A DNA stretch of 49,002 nucleotides from Flavobacteriaceae bacterium (GCA_047614005.1 JBLHIK010000002.1:1-49002), one strand, 5' to 3'; counted from the stretch's first letter, positions 8,860 through 18,481 are shown. Translations and numbers: made by a program. The notes: generated by a model from the sequence alone, not told the origin.

Positions 8860-9795
8860 TTATTGTGAAAGTCTTCGTATTATTTCAGGTAATGGTTCTG
8901 AGTAAGGAGAGATATAAAGAGTGGTGCTATCGAGAAATGCATAAAAGAGAATCACCTCTCCTTCTTTATTTTTAAGACTACGTGCTGGAATATTTCGGAT
9001 AGTATCGTCTTTAAAATTTTCATTAAAAAGATATGCATTTTCTCCAAAAACATTTATGTCAAAAGTCACAAAGAAGTCGTTGAGCATTCCATTTTCCCAG
9101 TCGCGCAAGCTGTTGGTAAATTCAGTAAAGAATGAATTATTTTTTAAAAGTAAAAAAGGGTAGTCTCCACTCTTGTCGCCAAATACTCCAATGAGCATAT
9201 TTTTATCGAGAGCTTGAAGTGTATTTTCTGGTGTACTGAATTGTAATTTTCCTAGAAAGTCGCGAGTAGGAACAATGCTTCGTCCTACTGAACTTTTTTG
9301 TGTTGGTGCTATGTAGATGATGTTATTTCTGTATGGGCGAACTTCTTTGATTTTTCCAGAAAGAGCACGAGCAATATCATAACTTTGAAGAGAGTCTATC
9401 TGAAGTTCAACAGCTTCATCTATAGGAATAATAGCTCGCATATCCTGAGTCTGAGCAAGAGGAATACTTTCAGTTTCTAATTCTTTAATAAATAAGAAAC
9501 CAACACCCAATGTTGCTATTATGAGAATAATTGAAAAAATAATAAAAAGACGATTTTTCTTTGAGCTAGGGTTTTCATTGATGGTCTGTTCCTCTCTTCT
9601 TTTATGTTCGGCGACAGCGACGCTAATTATAGACCCTCTATTGTCTCTGAGGGCTCGAGCCATGTCTTCTGCATAAGTATGAGTATCTGTTTCAATCTGT
9701 GTTTCACTAGCACTTACTGTTTCAGGTGGAAGGGGTACAGCATCTTCTGTGTTTGTGACTGTAGAAGTGTTGTTTTTTGTTTCATGCTCTTTCAT
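8860..9795 (-). CDS. single-pass membrane protein, hypothetical
   Basis: One TM segment (LFIIFSIILIIATLGVGFLFI) follows an acidic N-terminal region. The ATG at 9795 is preferred. Confidence 0.55.
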   Translation of the reverse strand: MKEHETKNNTSTVTNTEDAVPLPPETVSASETQIETDTHTYAEDMARALRDNRGSIISVAVAEHKRREEQTINENPSSKKNRLFIIFSIILIIATLGVGFLFIKELETESIPLAQTQDMRAIIPIDEAVELQIDSLQSYDIARALSGKIKEVRPYRNNIIYIAPTQKSSVGRSIVPTRDFLGKLQFSTPENTLQALDKNMLIGVFGDKSGDYPFLLLKNNSFFTEFTNSLRDWENGMLNDFFVTFDINVFGENAYLFNENFKDDTIRNIPARSLKNKEGEVILFYAFLDSTTLYISPYSEPLPEIIRRLSQ

Positions 9796-10225
9796 TGCTT
9801 TATTGTACCTTGAATATACAAGTAAAAGCAAAGAATAAAAAATAAAAATTTTGTTTCATGCTATTAGGAAAAAAATATTTATAAATTTTAAAATGAGTAT
9901 GAAACCATGTTGCACTAAAAAATCATACAACCTCCTCACCAAAGAGGGATTTTCTTGAGATATATAGTTTGTTTTATATGCCTTGTTCTGTGCCTTTGCT
10001 ATATTAATGTAAAAACAACTATATATGAAACAGGTATGATAAGAGACATTTATAAAAGACATATATAAAAATATATAAAATATGTCTTTTATAAATGTCC
10101 TTTATGTTTTTGTCCTTTTGCTTTATGATAGCTTGAAAATGCAAATGTATTGATTATTTATATTATATAGAGTAAAGTAAAAGTAATTCGTTGTTTAAAT
10201 TAAATTTATATAAAATAAAAAACAT

Positions 10226-10357
10226 ATGGTAATTTTAGATATATCACAAGGAGACATGGGTATTATTAACCTGTGTGGACTTATTGCCTTTATATTCGGA
10301 GTGCTTATCATTTTTGGTGCTTCTGAAAGAAGATCAAGTAAAAAATCTAAAAAGTAA
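10226..10357 (+). CDS. possible 43-aa membrane peptide (MVILDISQGDMGIINLCGLIAFIFGVLIIFGASERRSSKKSKK)
   Basis: ATG-to-TAA frame with one TM segment and a basic tail, followed directly by a terminator hairpin. It is absent from the ORF track because it is too short. Confidence 0.3.
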   Translation: MVILDISQGDMGIINLCGLIAFIFGVLIIFGASERRSSKKSKK

Positions 10358-10368
10358 GTTTAACTCAA

Positions 10369-10405
10369 ATCCCCTACGCAAATTTGCACAGGGGATTATT
10401 TTTTA
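10369..10405. terminator. bidirectional terminator hairpin
   Basis: Stem ATCCCCT...AGGGGAT followed by a T-run. It lies between the small ORF (+) and the NYN gene (-). Confidence 0.7.
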
Positions 10406-10408
10406 TTA

Positions 10409-10954
10409 CTATTTCTTTGGAGCTGGTTTTCTTTTTCGTCGTGCTGAATTTCTTTTTGGTCCGATGAGGAACTTGTTTGGATCAGATGAGAGATCGAGGA
10501 AGTCGTCGCACGTCTCTCGAAGACTGCTCGAAGTTGATTGTCCAAAGGACGCCACTTCTACTTGTGTCATTGTTTGAAGATATTGAACAAGAGGTACAAA
10601 GTCTCCATCGCCTGTGACGAGCACGATAGCATCGAGACGGTTTGCATTTTTGATTGCGTCGACAGCTATACCTACATCCCAGTCTGCTTTCATATTTCCA
10701 TCTGCAAATATTTGTAAGTCTTTTGATTTTGTTTCTATTCCTATTTTTACTAATGCATCAAAAAAGTCACTCTCAGTTCCGTCCTCTGTACTGATAACAT
10801 ATGCAATAGCTCTGACGAGTTTTCTTCCCGCAACTACTTCTTTGAGTATTGCGTCAAAGTTTACTTTTCGTTGATAGAGATTTCTTCCAGAGTGGTAAAG
10901 GTTCTGTGCGTCTATAAATACTCCTACTCTCTGTTCTGTGTGTTTTATAATCAT
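10409..10954 (-). CDS. NYN-domain (LabA-like) protein
   Basis: VGVFIDAQNLYHS, LVTGDGDFVPLV, and a basic C-terminal tail. Confidence 0.85.
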   Translation of the reverse strand: MIIKHTEQRVGVFIDAQNLYHSGRNLYQRKVNFDAILKEVVAGRKLVRAIAYVISTEDGTESDFFDALVKIGIETKSKDLQIFADGNMKADWDVGIAVDAIKNANRLDAIVLVTGDGDFVPLVQYLQTMTQVEVASFGQSTSSSLRETCDDFLDLSSDPNKFLIGPKRNSARRKRKPAPKK

Positions 10955-11041
10955 ATGTATTAAGTATAGCAGGAAAGAAAAAAAGACGCAGAATATTTCC
11001 GCATCTTTTTTAAAATTCCTCTTTTTGTTTTTTCTAAAATT

Positions 11042-11623
11042 TTACTTTGCTTTCTTTAAAACTTTGTCGATGATTCCATACTTGAGTGCTTCTTCTGCTC
11101 CCATGTAGTAATCCCTTTCTACGTCCGTTTCTATTTGTGAAACTTTCTGACCAGTATTTTTTGCCAAAATTTTGTTGAGTTGTTCTCTGATCTTTATGAT
11201 TTGCCGCGCAGTAATCTCTATATCAGTTGCCTGACCTTGAGCACCTCCGAGTGGTTGATGTATCATTATTTCAGAGTTCGGTAGAGAAAATCTTTTCCCT
11301 TTTTCTCCAGCAGAGAGAAGTACCGCTCCCATAGATGCAGCAAGACCCACACATACTGTACTCACTTCTGGCTTGATGTGATTCATCGTGTCGAGAATAG
11401 CAAGACCGGCGGTCACATGTCCTCCTGGTGAATTGATATAAAATGAAATATCTTTTTTAGGATCTTCTGATTCAAGAAATAGAAGCTGAGCTACAATGCT
11501 GTTTGCTACTTGATCATTGATAGCTCCTCCGAGAAAAATAATTCGTTCTTTTAATAGGCGAGAATATATATCATATGCTCGCTCCCCTCCTGGTGTTTTT
11601 TCGATTACTGTTGGTATTAACAT
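11042..11623 (-). CDS. clpP: ATP-dependent Clp protease proteolytic subunit
   Basis: [19 protein letters not shown] (catalytic Ser) and MIHQPLGG (catalytic His). Confidence 0.95.
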   Translation of the reverse strand: MLIPTVIEKTPGGERAYDIYSRLLKERIIFLGGAINDQVANSIVAQLLFLESEDPKKDISFYINSPGGHVTAGLAILDTMNHIKPEVSTVCVGLAASMGAVLLSAGEKGKRFSLPNSEIMIHQPLGGAQGQATDIEITARQIIKIREQLNKILAKNTGQKVSQIETDVERDYYMGAEEALKYGIIDKVLKKAK

Positions 11624-11725
11624 ATCTCTATTTAATCATACTATTCACTTATGAGCAAAGTAGTATTTTCTAAGTGAAATAAAAAAATCAACATTATTCA
11701 ATGTTGATTTTTTTTAGCATACTTT

Positions 11726-12769
11726 TTATTGTATCTGTGAGAGAAACTCAAATACTTTTTCGTTGGTAAGCATCATTTCTACATATGCTTCTACTCGAGA
11801 TTTTTCTGCATCTTTGTGCTGTTCGAGTACGTGAGCAACTTCCTTTTCTAATACCTCTGCATCTGGCTTGAGGTTTTCTTCTGTTGCTATTTTGTTCAAG
11901 ATGAGCTGTATCTTAGATCGTTTTTCTGCATCTCCTCGCAATTCTTTCTGAATGTCTTCCTCAGTCTTTCCACTTTTTTCGAGGTAGTCTTCGTACTGCA
12001 TACCTGCTTTCTCAATATCCCCTTTCATTTGATTCATGAGAGTTTGGAGTTCTCCTTCTATAAGAATTTCAGGAAGGTTCATTTTTGAATCTTTAATAAT
12101 AGCGTCTATTATTTCCATTCTCCAAGTGTCCCCTACACGCCGTTCCTTATCTGCTTTTATGTTTTCTTTCATCTTTGCTGTAAAGTCAGCAACGTCCTTA
12201 AAGTCACCAAGGCCTTTTACAAAGTCATCAGTAAGAGGTTCGAGCTCTTTTTCTTCCTCACCTTCTTTTATTTCCTCTCCCTTGTTTTCTTCAGATCGTC
12301 GCATTTTTTGAACATTCTCGAGCATTTTTTGTATCTCTTCTTCTGATACTTCTTCCGCTTTGTTCTTTTCTATCTTTTTTGCAAGTTTTTTATAGTCAGC
12401 AAGTTCTATTTCAGGAAATGTAGCAGTCGTAAATGTAAATCCGAGAGGATTGTCTTCTGCTAATTTCGTGATCTGTACTTGTGGTTGTCCAATAGCTTGT
12501 ATCTTTTCATCACGCAGTACTTGTGTGTATACATGAGAAAGAGCAATATGTGCCATTTCTGTAAGGATTCGCCCTTCTCCTATTTGTTTTATAAGAACAT
12601 CTTCTGGAGCAGTTCCTTTTCGAAATCCGTCCACCTCAACATCTTTTCCAAGGTATTTTATTGCCTCATCTCGAAAAGACATAAAGTCTTCTACTTGTAG
12701 CTCTCCTTCAATATCGAGCACTGCATTGTCTTTTTTCGTAATTTTTGTTGTTATATTTAAATCTTTCAT
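11726..12769 (-). CDS. tig: trigger factor, short form without the FKBP-type PPIase domain
   Basis: The ribosome-binding signature GFRKGTAP sits in the N-domain, followed directly by the C-terminal arm domain. The ATG at 12769 (MKDLNITTK) is preferred; ATG 12826 is an alternative. Confidence 0.85.
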   Translation of the reverse strand: MKDLNITTKITKKDNAVLDIEGELQVEDFMSFRDEAIKYLGKDVEVDGFRKGTAPEDVLIKQIGEGRILTEMAHIALSHVYTQVLRDEKIQAIGQPQVQITKLAEDNPLGFTFTTATFPEIELADYKKLAKKIEKNKAEEVSEEEIQKMLENVQKMRRSEENKGEEIKEGEEEKELEPLTDDFVKGLGDFKDVADFTAKMKENIKADKERRVGDTWRMEIIDAIIKDSKMNLPEILIEGELQTLMNQMKGDIEKAGMQYEDYLEKSGKTEEDIQKELRGDAEKRSKIQLILNKIATEENLKPDAEVLEKEVAHVLEQHKDAEKSRVEAYVEMMLTNEKVFEFLSQIQ

Positions 12770-12828
12770 GTATGGCAGTCTATCAGACAGATGTATTGTG
12801 TCAAATAAATCTTTCTTTTGTCTCATCA

Positions 12829-12862
12829 AAAAAGCAGGGCTCCTGTAGGAGCCCTGCTTTTT
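12829..12862. terminator. bidirectional terminator hairpin
   Basis: Stem GCAGGGCTCC-TGTA-GGAGCCCTGC flanked by an A-run and a T-run. Confidence 0.8.
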
Positions 12863-12878
12863 ATATAAAAGGTAGTTA

Positions 12879-13133
12879 TTATTCTAGGTCAGAATCAATG
12901 TCGTTGAAGCTTGTTTCTTCAAGATCTGCCTCAATATCTTCTACTTCATCAGAGTTTGAGTTGGAAGTATCTTCATAGTCTTGAACTTGCTCGTCTTGAG
13001 TTGGTTCCACTATGATATTGCTTTGGTCCTTGTCCTTTCCAAGAAGTATGAAAAGAAGTGCAACAACTATAATAAGTACAATCCACATCATTCCACCACC
13101 ACCTTGTTTTTTTGTTTCGTTCATTTGTTCCAT
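12879..13133 (-). CDS. small membrane protein with an acidic C-terminal tail
   Basis: A GGGG stretch, then a TM segment (MMWIVLIIVVALLFILLG), then a D/E-rich tail. Confidence 0.45.
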   Translation of the reverse strand: MEQMNETKKQGGGGMMWIVLIIVVALLFILLGKDKDQSNIIVEPTQDEQVQDYEDTSNSNSDEVEDIEADLEETSFNDIDSDLE

Positions 13134-13316
13134 ATGTTTATATAATAGACTAATAATCTTATAACACACTATAGTATAACAAATAAAATGACATACTCAC
13201 CACAGATATGCACAATAATTTATTGAAAGAGAAAACGCGAAGGAATATTCCCACGCGTTTTCTTTATATACTTTTTGAATAAAAGTAAATTATTGCTCTA
13301 GTTCTGCACCAGCTTG

Positions 13317-13427
13317 TGCATCTTTCTGTGATGCTATTGATGCTTTAAGGGTAACAATAGCTTCTTTGAAACTTCTCGTGATGAAGCAATGTCTATTGAA
13401 AGACCAACACCAAGAGATATTTTTAGA
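13317..13427 (-). pseudogene. decayed duplicate of the 3' coding segment of the adjacent gene
   Basis: 13317-13373 is identical to 13474-13530. 13368-13427 matches 13568-13627 with 2 mismatches. A 43-nt segment between two GAAACT microhomologies is missing, which shifts the frame. Confidence 0.7.
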
Positions 13428-14208
13428 GCATCAGCATATGCTCCACATCTGATTCTCCTTTTACTTCTGCACTTGCATCTTTCTGTGATGCTATTGATGC
13501 TTTAAGGGTAACAATAGCTTCTTTGAAACTTGCATGAGATTTCTTTAGAAGCTCTTTTGCTTCTGTTGAAACTTCTCGCGCTGAAGCAATGTCTATTGAA
13601 AGACCAACACCAAGAGATATTTTTAGAAAATCATCAGATACTGCATCTGCTTCAATATCAGTAGTAAAGATAGACTTTAATTCTGATACTTTTATGTCAG
13701 CTTGGACAAGGAAGTCTTTTCCAGCATTAACATGTGCTTGAGCTTCTGCTGTAGCTACTCCTTGTTCTTCGAGTTTTAGTATTCGAGCTTCTATGCGACC
13801 CCCAATATGGTTCATTAGTCTTATAGCTGCTGTAAATCGTGCTGTGATACGAGTAGAAATGTTTGCTCGTAGTTCCGATCGTTTTTCAGAGAAAGCTGCA
13901 CTCTTTTCTTCTCGCTTTTCTTTATATTCGTCTCGCTTTGCACTGCTTTCTTGCATCTTTTCCTCTTTTTGTTCTTTATATTCGTCACGCTTTTCGAATC
14001 GTTCTTCGCGCTTTTTCATGTCTTCATTGTTGTTTTCTCGATCATTGTCTTGAAGATCAACAGTCGCTGTTACAGATACGCCTGCATTTACCTCAGCGTC
14101 ATTATATGCGTATGCAGATGATATGCTTGCAAAAAATGCAAACATAAGAGCTCCAAGAATGATAGAAGTATATTGTACATTTTTAATAGTAAGTATTTTT
14201 GTTTTCAT
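13423..14208 (-). CDS. secreted coiled-coil protein, hypothetical
   Basis: Signal peptide (IILGALMFAFFASISSAYA). The protein is K/E-rich with internal repeats (KRDEYKEQKEEK / KRDEYKEKREEK). Confidence 0.65.
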   Translation of the reverse strand: MKTKILTIKNVQYTSIILGALMFAFFASISSAYAYNDAEVNAGVSVTATVDLQDNDRENNNEDMKKREERFEKRDEYKEQKEEKMQESSAKRDEYKEKREEKSAAFSEKRSELRANISTRITARFTAAIRLMNHIGGRIEARILKLEEQGVATAEAQAHVNAGKDFLVQADIKVSELKSIFTTDIEADAVSDDFLKISLGVGLSIDIASAREVSTEAKELLKKSHASFKEAIVTLKASIASQKDASAEVKGESDVEHMLML

Positions 14209-14327
14209 AAAATTATTTGTTTATATTATGTATTCTACTAATAGTATAAGTATATCACAGTGTTTGTATCACTTACATATATAAAGACGCATATACACAG
14301 ATAATCTTACGAAAGAAGAAGAAAATA

Positions 14328-15266
14328 CTACTTCTCAGCTCCCTTTCCGTGAAATTTTTTGTGTATGTCTCGAAGATGCTTGTCGGTGAGGTGTGTATAT
14401 ATCTGAGTGGTGGCAATGTTGGCATGACCAAGCATCATTTGAACAGAGCGAATGTCTGCTCCATTGCGAAGAAGATCTGTCGCAAAGGAATGCCTTACTA
14501 CATGAGGAGTCACTTTTTTCGATATTCCTGCTACGGTGGCGTATTTTTTAATAATACGTTCAATAGAGCGAGGAGTGAGGCGAGTAATAGATGCGTTTTT
14601 GTTTTGAGAGCATGAGATGAAAAGTGCTTCCTCCATATCCTTTCGAACCTTGAGGTATGAGCGAAGTGAGGATTTTGCAATATCAGAGAGAAAGACCACG
14701 CGCACTTTCTCACCTTTTCCTCGTATAGAAAATTCATCGCGCGTCAGATCGAGGTCTCTATTGAGAGAACACAGCTCTGAAACACGCAATCCTGTAGAAA
14801 AAAGGAGTTCGAGTATGGATTTGTCTCGTAGTATTAAAAGAGTATTGTCTGTCTTTATAAGAGATGGAGCTTCGAGGAGTTTCAGAAGCTCATTTTCAGT
14901 AATGAGGTCAAGACTGCGTTCACCTACTTTCGCGAGCTCTATTTTATCTGGAGCAAGAGAAGATATGTTTTGTTTTGCAAGGTATTTGAGGAAACTACGA
15001 AGAGCAATGAGGTAGTAGTTCTGAGTGCGTTTCTTCATAGTTCCCCGCTCTTGTCCTTTTATGTGAGCACCTTTTTGTCTATTGAGATACAGGCGAAATT
15101 CACGCACAGTACTATATTCTATTTCTTTTGGTTCTTGAATGTTTGCAAATTGTAAAAAGCGAGAAAGGTATCGGTCGTAGTTTTCTATGGTTTTCATAGA
15201 CCTACCCTTCTCTATTTCAAGATATTCGAGAAATTTTATTTTGAGACTTTTAATATTGTGCGACAT
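14328..15266 (-). CDS. tyrosine recombinase XerC/XerD family
   Basis: N-terminal SAM-like domain, catalytic HVVRHSFATDLL and LGHANIATTQIYTH. The ATG at 15266 is preferred. Confidence 0.9.
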   Translation of the reverse strand: MSHNIKSLKIKFLEYLEIEKGRSMKTIENYDRYLSRFLQFANIQEPKEIEYSTVREFRLYLNRQKGAHIKGQERGTMKKRTQNYYLIALRSFLKYLAKQNISSLAPDKIELAKVGERSLDLITENELLKLLEAPSLIKTDNTLLILRDKSILELLFSTGLRVSELCSLNRDLDLTRDEFSIRGKGEKVRVVFLSDIAKSSLRSYLKVRKDMEEALFISCSQNKNASITRLTPRSIERIIKKYATVAGISKKVTPHVVRHSFATDLLRNGADIRSVQMMLGHANIATTQIYTHLTDKHLRDIHKKFHGKGAEK

Positions 15267-15335
15267 TATACTAAGTATATATGAGAATGATATAAAAAAA
15301 ACCCTCACTATTGCTAGAGAGGGAGTTTGTAAAGA

Positions 15336-15641
15336 TTACGGTATTGGTACTATAGATACTAGATATAATAATCCTGCCGTCACAGTAAATATACTTATAA
15401 TAACTCCTGCGACGATAGGATGCTTCATACCTGTGTCTCCTTTGAGATTTTTTAAGCAAGCAAGTCCAAAAAACAAATACGCTCCACTACAACCTAAAAA
15501 TATAGCTATATAGGATAAATTACATTGAGTTGACTCGCAACCTGTAGGTAATACACTCTGTTGTATAGCTATCGTTGCACACAGCATAACAATAGATACA
15601 GCAATACTAGCAAAACCTCCGATGATTCTTAAAATTTTCAT
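15336..15641 (-). CDS. small multi-pass membrane protein, hypothetical
   Basis: Three hydrophobic segments; no family recognised. Confidence 0.5.
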   Translation of the reverse strand: MKILRIIGGFASIAVSIVMLCATIAIQQSVLPTGCESTQCNLSYIAIFLGCSGAYLFFGLACLKNLKGDTGMKHPIVAGVIISIFTVTAGLLYLVSIVPIP

Positions 15642-15831
15642 AACTTCACTTTTTTATTTATTTTTGTAAAAGAGCAAAAAAGACTTTCTTCTTTTCTCTA
15701 TTTGATTTGTTAAAATTATAGCACAAAGAAAAAATAATGCAAGCTTTTTTGAAAAAAGAAAAAGAAAAGGAATACTAAGATTTTAAATCATTGAATTTCC
15801 AAATGATGAAAGAGATTTAAATACAAAAATT

Positions 15832-16281
15832 CTATAGTGGAAACTGTTTCCGCCACGCCTTTCTCCAGATAGGAAATAATAAAAAAATAAACACTCCAAC
15901 AAGAGCAGACCACGCTGATAATAAAGTAAAGGTAATGAGCCAGAGTATTTCTTTACTATAGTAGGCTTTTTTTAATTTATAAAAACATTCAACATTGTTT
16001 TCCTTGTTTTCTTTTGTATTTTTCTCTTCTGCTTCGTACATTCTTTCAGCTATAGATGCATGGACAAAAGTAAAATATACAGCACATAATGCTATCCAGT
16101 CAGCAATCCAAATAATAAAATCTTGATTACTAAGAGTTATGGTAGAAAAATCAAGAGAAAACCCTCCAGAGATAAAGCGTACTGTAAGAAGAATAAACAA
16201 AACAAAAAAGTTTTCTATATGGTAAGTCTTGCAATTAAACTTCTTTTTAAGTACATAGACTATGTTGGTTATAAATTTCAT
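15832..16281 (-). CDS. membrane protein, hypothetical
   Basis: Several TM segments. The track start at 16347 lies inside a perfect palindrome, so the internal ATG at 16281 is preferred. Confidence 0.45.
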   Translation of the reverse strand: MKFITNIVYVLKKKFNCKTYHIENFFVLFILLTVRFISGGFSLDFSTITLSNQDFIIWIADWIALCAVYFTFVHASIAERMYEAEEKNTKENKENNVECFYKLKKAYYSKEILWLITFTLLSAWSALVGVFIFLLFPIWRKAWRKQFPL

Positions 16282-16314
16282 AATTATATTAAGAATATCA
16301 TAATTGGAGATTTT

Positions 16315-16349
16315 GTGTGAGCGTTTTCGCGGAGCGAAAACGCTCACAC
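16315..16349. other. perfect 16-bp-stem GC-rich palindrome (GTGTGAGCGTTTTCGC-GGA-GCGAAAACGCTCACAC)
   Basis: Read directly from the sequence. No adjacent T-run on either strand. It sits between divergent genes, about 130 nt upstream of rpsO. Confidence 0.6.
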
Positions 16350-16479
16350 TCTATCTCTGTTCTTTAAAAAATCCTTGCTTTTACTTTCTTGTGTGGTACT
16401 CTTATTGAGTTATTAAATATAAGTGTAGTAGCATTGGTTCTTGCTCGACAAGGTGACTGAGCGTACGCACAGAAAATAT

Positions 16480-16746
16480 ATGTTAAACAAAGATTCAAAA
16501 GCAAAGATTATCAAAAAGGTTTCAAAGCATGACACTGATACAGGTTCATCAGAAGCACAAGTAGCTATTCTTTCTGCTCGTATTAACGAGCTTACTGAGC
16601 ACCTTAAAGAACACCGAGGTGACAATCACTCACGACGTGGACTTATTACTATGGTTGCAAAGCGTAAAAAGCACCTTGCATATCTAAAAGAAAACAATCA
16701 AGAAGGTTACGAAAAGGTTCTTAAAGTAACAAAACTTAAAAAATAA
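16480..16746 (+). CDS. rpsO: 30S ribosomal protein S15
   Basis: GSSEAQVAILSARINELTEHLKEHRGDNHSRRGL. The ATG at 16480 gives the canonical 88-aa length. Confidence 0.95.
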   Translation: MLNKDSKAKIIKKVSKHDTDTGSSEAQVAILSARINELTEHLKEHRGDNHSRRGLITMVAKRKKHLAYLKENNQEGYEKVLKVTKLKK

Positions 16747-16763
16747 TTTCTAACTATATAAGA

Positions 16764-16799
16764 AAAGCGATTTTGACTCCGTCAAAATCGCTTTTTTTT
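16764..16799 (+). terminator. rho-independent terminator of rpsO
   Basis: Stem AAAGCGATTTTGAC-TCC-GTCAAAATCGCTTT followed by a T-run. Confidence 0.85.
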
Positions 16800-16963
16800 G
16801 TTTACAAAACAGATCTTCTCTGCTATAGTTTGAGCGTATTAGAACTTAGTTACCGCCTCTTGAAAATACAACTACCTATATGAAATTGACACGAACTCTT
16901 TTGAAAAAAACTCCCTCAAATTCTCATAAATAGTCTACTTTAAGAGGCTTTTAAAAAAAGCCT

Positions 16964-18481
16964 ATGAATATAATTATAATAATAAGTGTATTAATAGTCG
17001 GTGGAAGCATCGGCTATGTTGCTCGCTATTTTATAGCGAGTACAAAACGAGCAGGTATCGAGCTTGAAATAAAGCAAATGATGATATCTGCAAAAGAAGA
17101 AGCTCAAAAGATTCTCTCAGAGGGACAGTCTCGATTTGAAAAGAAACAAAACGAGATAGAGTTTTCTGAAAAGCAAAAGAAAGAAGAATATAAACAAACA
17201 GAAAAAAGACTCATTAAAAAAGAAGAGTTTCTTGATTCTCGCCAGGTTGATATTGATAAAGAGAAGGAGTCTGTAAAAAAACAAGAGGAAAAAATAAAAA
17301 CAATACAAGAAGAGTCAGAGATGCTTCTTATAGATGGTAAGAAAAAACTCGAAGAAATAGCAAGGCTGACCCAAGAAGAAGCTATGGAAAAACTTCTCGT
17401 ATCTGTTTCTAAAAACAATGAAGAAGACTTGCTCATTCGTATGAATAAACTCGACAACAGTATGGAAGAAAAGATCCAACGTCGAGCGCAAGATATTCTC
17501 GCTATGGCTATTCAGAGATATGCAGGAACAACAGCTTCTGAATTTATGACAACAAACGTATCTATCCCCTCTGATGATGTGAAAGGTAAGGTTATAGGAA
17601 AAGAAGGAAGAAATATCAGAGCTTTTGAAGCGGCGTCGGGAGTAGAGCTCATAGTAGATGATACTCCGGGGACTATAGTGATATCTTCGTTTGATCCTGT
17701 TCGAAGGCAAATAGCACGAGTTGCTCTTGAAAACCTTATTGTCGATGGGCGTATACAACCTGCCAAGATAGAAGAATTCATCAAGAAAGCACAAGATGAT
17801 ATCAATACTATTATAAAGCAAAAAGGAGAAGAAGCGGTTCTGGATTGTGGTATTTATAATCTCGATCCACGTATTGTCGCTATTGTAGGACGCCTACATT
17901 TCCGTACGAGCTATGGTCAAAACGTCCTTGCTCACTCTGTAGAAATGGCACATATTGCAGGAATACTTGCAGAAGAAGTAGGAGCTGATGTTTCTATTGC
18001 AAAGGCGGGAGCTCTTGTCCATGACATTGGAAAGGCTCTCGACCATGAAGTCCAGGGTACTCACGTCGATATTGGTATTCGTATTTTACAGAAATTTGGC
18101 GCTGATGAGAGGATTATCACAGCGATGAAATCCCACCACGATGAATATCCTTATGAGTCTGTAGAAGCATTTATAGTGCAATCCGCTGATGCTATATCAG
18201 GAGCGCGTCCAGGAGCAAGACGTGACAGTGCAGAAAACTACATCAAGAGATTGCAAGAGCTCGAAGGTATTGCTACTTCATTTAAGGGAGTTGAAAAAGC
18301 ATATGCTATTTCAGCAGGGCGTGAGATACGAGTAATAGTATCACCTCATGTGGTGAGCGATATAGAAGCAAAGACAATTGCTCGAGATATTGCAAAGCAA
18401 ATAGAAGCAGATATGAAATATCCTGGAGAGATAAAAGTACTTTTGATTCGCGAAAATCGCATCACTCAATACGCGCGATAG
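16964..18481 (+). CDS. rny: ribonuclease Y
   Basis: N-terminal TM segment, coiled coil, KH domain (GKVIGKEGRNIRAFE) and HD domain (LVHDIGKA). Confidence 0.95.
   Translation: MNIIIIISVLIVGGSIGYVARYFIASTKRAGIELEIKQMMISAKEEAQKILSEGQSRFEKKQNEIEFSEKQKKEEYKQTEKRLIKKEEFLDSRQVDIDKEKESVKKQEEKIKTIQEESEMLLIDGKKKLEEIARLTQEEAMEKLLVSVSKNNEEDLLIRMNKLDNSMEEKIQRRAQDILAMAIQRYAGTTASEFMTTNVSIPSDDVKGKVIGKEGRNIRAFEAASGVELIVDDTPGTIVISSFDPVRRQIARVALENLIVDGRIQPAKIEEFIKKAQDDINTIIKQKGEEAVLDCGIYNLDPRIVAIVGRLHFRTSYGQNVLAHSVEMAHIAGILAEEVGADVSIAKAGALVHDIGKALDHEVQGTHVDIGIRILQKFGADERIITAMKSHHDEYPYESVEAFIVQSADAISGARPGARRDSAENYIKRLQELEGIATSFKGVEKAYAISAGREIRVIVSPHVVSDIEAKTIARDIAKQIEADMKYPGEIKVLLIRENRITQYAR

Noticed and set aside
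10275-10577. 100-aa plus-strand ORF starting with GTG
   Set aside because: It reads through the terminator hairpin at 10369-10405 and then runs antisense to the NYN gene. The short ATG ORF at 10226-10357 is the only plausible plus-strand coding unit here.
13317-13627. Template/variable repeat pair of a diversity-generating retroelement
   Set aside because: No reverse transcriptase is nearby. The two mismatches are not adenine-specific, and the copy carries a 43-nt deletion. A decayed tandem duplication explains it better.
14328-15308. Phage or integrative-element integrase marking a prophage
   Set aside because: The protein has the XerC/D-type N-terminal domain and sits among housekeeping and small membrane genes. 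It has no phage genes or att-like repeats.
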